Shown piece by piece: positions 19,612 through 26,003 of a stretch of DNA of 34,677 nt. The DNA is from Dehalococcoidia bacterium (GTDB lineage Bacteria > Chloroflexota > Dehalococcoidia > SHYD01 > SHYC01). The notes beneath the pieces were generated by a model. That model ran no database searches. It was given only the letters and a program-made list of their open reading frames with translations, and had not been told where the DNA came from. The stretch lies in NCBI GenBank assembly GCA_009693005.1, contig SHYC01000002.1:1-34677 (forward strand), in the 5' to 3' direction. Within the stretch, counting starts at the first letter, position 1. Every line of letters begins with the position of its first letter. Position numbers and translations under genes: made by a program.

Positions 19612-20508
19612 CTACTTAAGTCTTTCCTTCACCAGGCGCGGAATATCAGAGATGTCCTCTGCCACCGCGATTCCGGCCTCGTTTAAGCGCCTGATCTTTT
19701 CCTCGGTGGTGTCGGCCCTGCCCTCTACTATCGTGCCGGCGTGGCCGAAACGCATTCCAGGCATGGCGTCCATGAACCTGCCTGCCATGAAAGCCACGAC
19801 GGGAAGCCGGCTCTTCTTCTCCTTAAGGTAAGTCGCCAGTTGCGCGTCCATTGGGCCGCCGGGTTCAGAGTAGATCACGATGGCCTTGGTGTTCTCATCC
19901 GCTTCGAACAGAGGAATGAGGTCCGCATAAGTATTACCGATGATGGCGTCCCCGCCGATGCTGACCGCCGTGCTCTGGCCGAGGCCGGCCGCGGTCAGGG
20001 TGCTGGCGATCTCTGTCGTCATCCCTCCGCTGCGGGACATGATCCCCACCGGCCCGGGCATGTAGGCCTTTCTGGTATCCTCCGCTGGGCCTCCGATGCC
20101 GCCCATCTTGCTCTTTTCTGGCGTGATGATGCCCAAACAGTTGGGTCCTATTATCCTTGCGCCGTGCATATCGGCGAACTCTATAAGCTGGGCTACCTCT
20201 TTCCTCGGTATACGCTCGGTGACTATGACGATTAGCTTTATGCCGGCTTCGATGGCCTCTAAAGCTGCATCGGCGGCGAAGGCGGGCGGCACTGCCACTA
20301 CAGCGCCATCCACCCTGGTCTGGGCAGTCGCCTGGCTAACCGTATCGTAAACCGGCACGCCGTACACGTCCCGTCCCTTGCGTCCGGGAGTCACGCCGCC
20401 CACGATCTTCGAGCCGTAGTTGAGGCATTCCCTTGTCATGTTGACGGCCTCGCGGCCGGTAATACCTTGTATAATAAACGTGGTGTTTTCATCTATTAGG
20501 ATGGACAT
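19612..20508 (-). CDS. Succinyl-CoA-synthetase-like acyl-CoA ligase (ADP-forming), alpha subunit (SucD/MtkB/CcsB-like; substrate unresolved)
   Basis: MSILIDENT.., VGGVTPGRKG, GPNCLGIITP, MSRSGGMTTE, GQSTAVSIGGD and the phosphohistidine loop RFGHAGTI. Clearly divergent from E. coli SucD as I recall it. Confidence 0.9.
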   Translation of the reverse strand: MSILIDENTTFIIQGITGREAVNMTRECLNYGSKIVGGVTPGRKGRDVYGVPVYDTVSQATAQTRVDGAVVAVPPAFAADAALEAIEAGIKLIVIVTERIPRKEVAQLIEFADMHGARIIGPNCLGIITPEKSKMGGIGGPAEDTRKAYMPGPVGIMSRSGGMTTEIASTLTAAGLGQSTAVSIGGDAIIGNTYADLIPLFEADENTKAIVIYSEPGGPMDAQLATYLKEKKSRLPVVAFMAGRFMDAMPGMRFGHAGTIVEGRADTTEEKIRRLNEAGIAVAEDISDIPRLVKERLK

Positions 20509-20564
20509 AATTTTCGATTCCCTTTCCTTATCGAAGGATGAAATTAGCTTGGTAGTCCTGGCTC

Positions 20565-20601
20565 GTTCCCTCTCCCCGCGCTGGAGAGAGTTAGGATAAG
20601 G
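20565..20601. repeat. Short GC-rich palindromic repeat (CCTNACCCTAACYCTC..GAGAGGG family), copy 1, splitting the ligase beta and alpha genes
   Basis: The reverse complement ccttatcctaactctctccagcgcggggagagggaac matches 23728-23765 at 30 of 38 positions (hand alignment, one gap). Internal 6-7-bp GC stem (20568-20575 / 20583-20590). Confidence 0.45.
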
Positions 20602-20607
20602 CGGTTC

Positions 20608-21813
20608 TTAGCCCTTCTTAACCTTCTCGACAGCCCGGCGTGCGGCCTCGTTCATGGAAACAGAGCGGTCGCAGTACTCTACGCCGTACTTACGTAGTAT
20701 CTTGAAGCCCTCGTCCTCCCAGGAGCCGGGGATGCGAAAAATAGCGATCTTCTCCGCGGGGTCATAGCCGGACTCGACGACTCCCTTTATGACGCCGCGG
20801 GCCATTATGTCCACTCTGGTGTTGCTTACGACGTTCATCATTACGGCTATCTTTTCGACGCCCGGCTTGGAAAGAATGAGCTTGGTCAACTCGCATGCTT
20901 TGGTCACACTGGGGTTGCCGCCGATCTCGCAGTAGTTGGCGGCTTTGCCGCCGTGCTTGCGGACGGCGTCAAACAAAGTCAGGCTGCCGCCGCCGGCGCC
21001 GATGATAAGGCCCAGGTTGCCGTCGAACTCCACGACGCGGCCCGCGACTCCCCTGGTGTCCTTAGCGTCCACCTCCGCGCCTTTGATCTCGAAGGGCGTT
21101 GGCGGACGGGCCATCCGCGTCTCCTCGCGCTTGACCCCCAACTCGTTGAGCAGCGCAGTATGGCGGTCTCTGGCCTCCTCCTCCATATCGATGTGGCAGT
21201 CCAGGCATATGAAGCGGCCCGTATCCAGCTGTGCCAGAGGATTTATCTCTGCAAGGGTGAGGTCGTACTGTAGGAAGGTGCGGGCCAGACGCGTGACGAT
21301 CGGGACCAGGCCCGTTAGCTCTCCGCCGGTGACTCCGATGGATGCTATAGTCTCTTTTACTTTGTAATCCGACAGAGGCAGGAGAGAGGAGAAGTGCATC
21401 CTGGCGACGTGGTCCGGATGCTGCTCCGCCACTTCCTCTATATCAATGCCTCCCATGTCGCTGAAGATGAGCAGCGGGCGTTTGGCCACGGCGTCGTAGA
21501 TGACGCCGGCGTAGTACTCTTTTCTAACGTTGGCCTTGGCCTCTACGAGGACGGAGCGGGGCAGCTGGCCGCCGATTTCCAGCTTGAGGATCACCTCTGC
21601 TGCGGAGCGGGCCTCATCCGGAGAGTCTGCAAATTTAATGCCGCCCGCCTTCATGCGGCCGCCGGACAGCACCTGTGACTTCAGCACCGCCGGCCCGCCG
21701 ATCTCGCCAGCCAGGCGAGCGGCCTCTTCAGGTGTGTTGGCGGTCCCGTTCTTCGGCAGGGGTATGCCCTGCTTGCCTAAAAGGGTCTTAGCCTCGTATT
21801 CGTAAAAGCGCAT
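20608..21813 (-). CDS. Succinyl-CoA-synthetase-like acyl-CoA ligase, ATP-grasp beta subunit (SucC/MtkA/CcsA-like; substrate unresolved)
   Basis: MRFYEYEAKTLLGKQGIPLP, VLKSQVLSGGRMKAGGIKF, LAEINPL, GNLGLIIGAGGGSLTLFD and ANYCEIGGNPS. AGAGG RBS. Confidence 0.9.
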   Translation of the reverse strand: MRFYEYEAKTLLGKQGIPLPKNGTANTPEEAARLAGEIGGPAVLKSQVLSGGRMKAGGIKFADSPDEARSAAEVILKLEIGGQLPRSVLVEAKANVRKEYYAGVIYDAVAKRPLLIFSDMGGIDIEEVAEQHPDHVARMHFSSLLPLSDYKVKETIASIGVTGGELTGLVPIVTRLARTFLQYDLTLAEINPLAQLDTGRFICLDCHIDMEEEARDRHTALLNELGVKREETRMARPPTPFEIKGAEVDAKDTRGVAGRVVEFDGNLGLIIGAGGGSLTLFDAVRKHGGKAANYCEIGGNPSVTKACELTKLILSKPGVEKIAVMMNVVSNTRVDIMARGVIKGVVESGYDPAEKIAIFRIPGSWEDEGFKILRKYGVEYCDRSVSMNEAARRAVEKVKKG

Positions 21814-21835
21814 ATTATACCTCTGTAACGCGTAG

Positions 21836-22150
21836 CTATTTTTTATTCAGCGAGGCTTTGCGGTTCTCAAGCCACCTCTTGAAGGAGCGCTGACTCTCTC
21901 CTGATGGCCTGCCAGCAAGCAGTCCCTCAACGCTGAGGTCCTCATCGATCTCTTCCCAGTGAATGCCCTCTCCGTCACCGATGAGCTCCCAGTTATTCCG
22001 TTCTTCCATTGTGCCGTGTACGAGTCTAGGGTACCAGACTAGAGGCACAGAAATAGTGCGTCCATCAATGAGGTCTACTATCAGAGAATCGTCGGTGACA
22101 ACCACATTCTGGGCGGGTGATAACCTAATCTCAGTCTTGGAAGTATTCAT
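21836..22150 (-). CDS. DUF2442-family small protein
   Basis: DDSLIVDLIDGRTISVPLVWYPRLVHGTMEERNNWELIGDGEGIHWEEIDEDLSVEGLL matches the DUF2442 pattern (W.PRL..at.eer..w.l.g.G.gIHW..lDeDlsvegLL). GAGGAG RBS lies inside the upstream gene, with a 20-nt overlap. Confidence 0.85.
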   Translation of the reverse strand: MNTSKTEIRLSPAQNVVVTDDSLIVDLIDGRTISVPLVWYPRLVHGTMEERNNWELIGDGEGIHWEEIDEDLSVEGLLAGRPSGESQRSFKRWLENRKASLNKK

Positions 22151-22367
22151 TCCAACTCCTCAGTCGTAAGTCTTGGTTTTCTTCAATTAGTCTTTGAAGT
22201 TGAGCGATCTCCTCTCGACTGAATCTGACGCTATTCTCTAGTGAGACGATATTTAACCAAAATTTAGCTTTGTTTCTATCTCGCTGTACATGAATGTGTG
22301 GTGGCTCACTCCCTTTTTGGGAGTAGAAGTAGAACCTATATGGTCCGATTCTCAAAACTGCTGGCAT
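22131..22367 (-). CDS. DUF4160-family small protein
   Basis: RIGPYRFYFYSQKGSEPPHIHVQRD..KAKFWL matches the DUF4160 core (..F.fY..dH.PPHfHv....eAkf.l). 78 aa, immediately upstream of and overlapping its usual DUF2442 partner. Confidence 0.85.
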   Translation of the reverse strand: MPAVLRIGPYRFYFYSQKGSEPPHIHVQRDRNKAKFWLNIVSLENSVRFSREEIAQLQRLIEENQDLRLRSWNEYFQD

Positions 22368-22398
22368 TATAACTCAATACAAGTTTATTAGTAAGCTT

Positions 22399-23424
22399 CT
22401 AAGTTCTCCCCATAGTCCTAAGTATATCGTATCCCGACACCGCGGCGGACTTGGCGGCCTGCTCTGCCAGCCACGCCGGATCCAGCTTGCCGGCTTGCAC
22501 CGCTTTAGCAAGCAAGACCAGCAGTCCTTTGATGGTGGCCTCGTCGTGGAATTCGCCGGTCGGTGGATGGATGATGGCGCCTCCGCCCTGCTGATGGTAG
22601 TATTCCACGATATCTTTGGCGGTGGCTATCTGGTCGTCGTCCGGAGTATAGCATTCATTTGCGATCTCGGCCTGCTGAGGATGTATCACCCAGGTCCCAT
22701 CCATGCCCAGATTGGCCGCGCCCGCGTTCTTCTCTCTTATCTCCTCGCGTATCCTGGCGGCCTCCTCTTCCGGAGCGTCGCGCCTGATTATGGTCAGGAA
22801 GGCGTTGTCGATGGCGTGAAGGCCGGCGGCCTTGGCTGCAACTACGGTAGCCTGCTTGGCGTAATGGAAGTTTTCGTTCTGGTTCTTCACGTTCTCCCTT
22901 ACTCCCATAGCCGAGGCGAAGTCCGCGATGCCGAAGATGAGTCCCGCCATGCGCTCGGAGGCCGTTGCGATCTTGTAGGCGTTGACCACGGCCAGGGGCG
23001 TTTCGATTAGGGACTCGATCTGCACTTTATACTCCCATCCCGCCTCTCGCTCCAGAGCATCCAGGAGCTTGGACAGATAGATAACGTCCTCCGGCTCGTT
23101 GCATTTAGGTAGAATGATACCGTGGAATTTATTGGGCGCTCCCAGCATAACCGCCTGGAGGTCTCCCAGGAAGAATTTGGACCGGATATTGTTGGGCCTT
23201 ATGGTAACGACTCTTTTGCCGAAATCCACACTGTTCAGGGCCTCCACCATTGTTTTTCGGGATGCCTCTCCCTTGAACTCGTAAGGGCAAGCGTCCTCAA
23301 AGTCTGCCATCACGTGGTCTACGGGAGCCTGCGAGGCGTTTTGGTGCATTCTCAAATTGTGGCAGGGATATGTAAGCTCGGTGCGCGGGATAACCAGGCG
23401 CTTGCCGCCGTCCAGGACAAACAT
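22399..23424 (-). CDS. HpcH/HpaI-CitE family acyl-CoA lyase (malyl-CoA / citramalyl-CoA / citryl-CoA lyase-like)
   Basis: ADFEDACP, ILPKCNEPEDV, ESLIETPLAVVNAYKIA, GIADFASAMGV and WVIHPQQAEIANE correspond to CitE/Mcl motifs (D.ED.., lPK.., iE.., g..Dl.., IHP.Q). GGAAGGAG RBS. Confidence 0.9.
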   Translation of the reverse strand: MFVLDGGKRLVIPRTELTYPCHNLRMHQNASQAPVDHVMADFEDACPYEFKGEASRKTMVEALNSVDFGKRVVTIRPNNIRSKFFLGDLQAVMLGAPNKFHGIILPKCNEPEDVIYLSKLLDALEREAGWEYKVQIESLIETPLAVVNAYKIATASERMAGLIFGIADFASAMGVRENVKNQNENFHYAKQATVVAAKAAGLHAIDNAFLTIIRRDAPEEEAARIREEIREKNAGAANLGMDGTWVIHPQQAEIANECYTPDDDQIATAKDIVEYYHQQGGGAIIHPPTGEFHDEATIKGLLVLLAKAVQAGKLDPAWLAEQAAKSAAVSGYDILRTMGRT

Positions 23425-23486
23425 GGGGGGACTCCTTCCTATGGCCGTCGCATATCATAATACTGATAGTTATTATTAGCCACGCC

Positions 23487-23517
23487 ATTATCTCATAAGA
23501 CATGCAGAAGGTGTCAA
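23487..23517 (-). promoter_or_regulatory. Candidate sigma-70-like promoter of the lyase-ligase operon (TTGACA-19 nt-GATAAT on minus strand)
   Basis: The minus strand reads cTTGACAccttctgcatgtcttatgaGATAATgg. The -35 is at 23512-23517 and the -10 at 23487-23492. The 19-nt spacer is longer than optimal. Confidence 0.35.
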
Positions 23518-23724
23518 GTTAGCTTCCAGAACCGTAGTGACAATAAAGCCCTTGCGAATCGAGGCCTGGGCTTACTGAGTTATGAAAACTTAGTAGGCTC
23601 CTGGAAACTGCGAAGCTGGTGTTTGTCCTTTATGGCTGGAGGACGGCGCAGGCGTATCAAGAGGTGTTAGGGAACTCTAAAGGGGATCAAGTCAATTAGT
23701 GTACTGTATTGGACATTTAGGGAA

Positions 23725-23766
23725 CCCCCTCACCCTAACCCTCGCCCGCGCTGGTGAGAGGGGACC
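23725..23766. repeat. Short GC-rich palindromic repeat (same family as 20565-20601), copy 2, 22 nt downstream of the MBL hydrolase stop
   Basis: ccccctcaccctaaccctcgcccgcgctggtgagaggggacc has imperfect self-complementarity (cccctcacc / ggtgagagggg). It is in opposite orientation to copy 1. Confidence 0.45.
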
Positions 23767-23789
23767 GAGTCTAAGTAGGGACTTTGTAT

Positions 23790-24605
23790 TTACTCGTCCT
23801 GAGCGCCGCTCCAGTGACCGCGCCTCTTGGTGCTGGCCCTGAACGCACGCAGCGTCCGCCAGTTCTTAAGGACTATCCGCCAGGTGGACAGGTCGTAGGG
23901 CCGGTCGGTGAGCGCGCGTACCTTGGTCATTACGTCGCCCTTCAGCGGCGGGCCGTGGCCGAAGCTCGCTGCCTCGGCCTCCAGTCCTCTCAGGGTTTTG
24001 AGGGAAGCATCTAGCTGCATGCGACGTTTTCTGTCGTACATCATGGGGCGGCTGAGCCGGTCCACGTTGTTGAGAACGGAGTCCCCCAGGAACAGTACCT
24101 TCTCCTTCTCCAGATAAGGACTGATGCTGCCGGGGGTATGGCCTGGCGTATACAGTATTTTGAGTCCGCCGAGGCTGGGGATGACATCGTTGTGGTCTAT
24201 CTGCATGTGGACTGGCGTGGTATGCGGAACGAGTCCGTCCCGGCGTCTGCCCCCCATGAGAAGGGACACCCACCAAGGCGCTCGGCCGCTGTCTGCTTCG
24301 TTGCCCTTTCGCAGCATCGGCTTATGGTCTGGCCCAACTTCTACCTCATCCTTGTGAGTTACAATCTGGGCGCCGGTCATCTCGTGCAACTCCAGCGCGC
24401 TGCCGGAGTGGTCGTGGTGAAAGTGGGTAAGGAGGATATATTTGAGGTCAGAGGGGGTTCGGCCAATGGACTTGATATAAGAGACGATGGCCTCGCCGTT
24501 TCCTTGGATGCCTGTATCTATAAGGGTCATCTGCTCGCCGGCCAGCAGACATACGTTGCTGCCGGTCACCTCAGATATTCTGTGTACCCCAGGGGCCATT
24601 TCCAT
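23790..24605 (-). CDS. Metallo-beta-lactamase-fold hydrolase
   Basis: HxHxDH motif in LTHFHHDHSG, downstream YTPGHTPGS and FLGD. I prefer ATG 24603-24605 with GAAGAGG upstream over the TTG at 24656 in the ORF track. Confidence 0.88.
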   Translation of the reverse strand: MEMAPGVHRISEVTGSNVCLLAGEQMTLIDTGIQGNGEAIVSYIKSIGRTPSDLKYILLTHFHHDHSGSALELHEMTGAQIVTHKDEVEVGPDHKPMLRKGNEADSGRAPWWVSLLMGGRRRDGLVPHTTPVHMQIDHNDVIPSLGGLKILYTPGHTPGSISPYLEKEKVLFLGDSVLNNVDRLSRPMMYDRKRRMQLDASLKTLRGLEAEAASFGHGPPLKGDVMTKVRALTDRPYDLSTWRIVLKNWRTLRAFRASTKRRGHWSGAQDE

Positions 24606-24810
24606 ACCTAAGCCTCTTCTCTTCTTCCGGTAATGGCAGTCGAACTGCTCTGACAATTGCCTGACGCCTTATTTTGCGGCAATGAAGGGGGAGAAGTCAA
24701 TATTTTTGGATGGTAGGGGTTTGAACAGATTTTTTGTGAGATGAGAGAAAGAGTGGCACTACCATAACTCGTTACGCCTGGTAGCCGCTGCGAAAGCGTC
24801 TAGCGGTGCT

Positions 24811-25239
24811 CTAACTTGAGGCTTTAACCCATTCTCTCGCGAGCTCTACCCAAGGCTGCTGCGCCTCCATGATCTCTGCACGCTCGAACGGGACCCAGTG
24901 GCAACGTGTGGGTGCGCCGCAATCGCAATTGGAGGGCCACTCGTCCGGAAGCCCTTCAGGTGCTCTGAGCAGATACACCCAGCGGCGTCGCTTCTCGCCG
25001 TCCAACTCCTCGTCTCGAACGCCCGCGAGGGCTATAAGCTGGCCGTGGATGCAGGCCTCCTCTTGCAGCTCTCGCACAACGGCCGCCTCCGGCTGCTCAT
25101 CCGGCTCGACAGTGCCAGCGGGGAGTTGTACCATGACCCCGCCTTCGTCCATTGGGTGATCGAAGACCAGTAACTCGGTGCAGGACATACCCTTACGGAG
25201 GACGATTGCCGTGACCTTCTTGACCCTCTCTTCGTTCAA
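24811..25239 (-). CDS. NUDIX hydrolase
   Basis: Nudix box GTVEPDEQPEAAVVRELQEEACI (Gx5Ex7REUxEExGU). Confidence 0.9.
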   Translation of the reverse strand: MNEERVKKVTAIVLRKGMSCTELLVFDHPMDEGGVMVQLPAGTVEPDEQPEAAVVRELQEEACIHGQLIALAGVRDEELDGEKRRRWVYLLRAPEGLPDEWPSNCDCGAPTRCHWVPFERAEIMEAQQPWVELAREWVKASS

Positions 25240-25256
25240 GCAGGCTTCTCTTACTC

Positions 25257-26003
25257 TTAAGGCCTCCCTAAAACCATCCGCTTAAAGGCCTCGGCAGCCT
25301 CCATCCCGTAGGCCTTTCCCTGCTCTTTTGCCCAACCGGAGAGCATCTTGCTGGGGTCCCATTCTCCCAGCTGGCTCTTGTGCTCTCTGAGCGCGGCCAG
25401 CTTTGTTTCTATGGCAGATGATATATCTATGAATACGTTGGGCTTCTCGGAGCCGAACAGAAATACGCTGCTTACCTCATGAGGCTTCAGCCCCTCTTCC
25501 AGCAGCTCGGGGAAGATAAACCTGGTGCCCGCCGAGGGGAACACCGCGTCGAGCGCGGCATCCGCCGCCGCGCGGTGATCCGGATGGTTCATGTAGTTAT
25601 CGCCATGAAAGCGCACCGTGGGGTCGCTGCAAAGCACCGCGTCAGGGCGGTGCTTACGGATGAGGCGGGTAAGCTCCCGCCGCAGGCCGATGGATGGCTC
25701 AAGCATGCCGTCCGGGTAGCCCATGAACAGCACATCCTTTACGCCCAGCACCTGGCAGGCGTTCCGCTGCTCCTGCTCTCTGATGGGCGCCAGCTTCTCT
25801 CTGGTCATGGAGTCAGGGGTATATTTGTTGGAGCCGGCGTCGCCGCTGGTCACACATACGGTTATGATCTCGCTGCCGGCCGCGGCCCACTTAGCGAGGG
25901 TCCCACCCATTGTGAACTCCTGGTCGTCGGGATGCGCGTGGATCGCCATCACCTTCGGCGGCGCTGGCGGCTCCTCATATTTCTGGTTAGAGGGATCGGT
26001 CAT
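25257..26003 (-). CDS. PIG-L/LmbE-family N-acetylglucosaminyl deacetylase
   Basis: AHPDDQEF zinc motif, a second HPDH motif, and ~250 aa length. The start codon abuts the upstream stop (TAAATG). Confidence 0.9.
   Translation of the reverse strand: MTDPSNQKYEEPPAPPKVMAIHAHPDDQEFTMGGTLAKWAAAGSEIITVCVTSGDAGSNKYTPDSMTREKLAPIREQEQRNACQVLGVKDVLFMGYPDGMLEPSIGLRRELTRLIRKHRPDAVLCSDPTVRFHGDNYMNHPDHRAAADAALDAVFPSAGTRFIFPELLEEGLKPHEVSSVFLFGSEKPNVFIDISSAIETKLAALREHKSQLGEWDPSKMLSGWAKEQGKAYGMEAAEAFKRMVLGRP

Noticed and set aside
14806-21813. Using the high GC of SNF2/SWIM alone as proof of horizontal transfer
   Set aside because: The GC step at ~14.8 kb persists through DUF423 and the ligase genes (64% in a sample), and the TPR gene is also ~65%. 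The window is therefore mosaic, and GC cannot single out the SNF2/SWIM pair.
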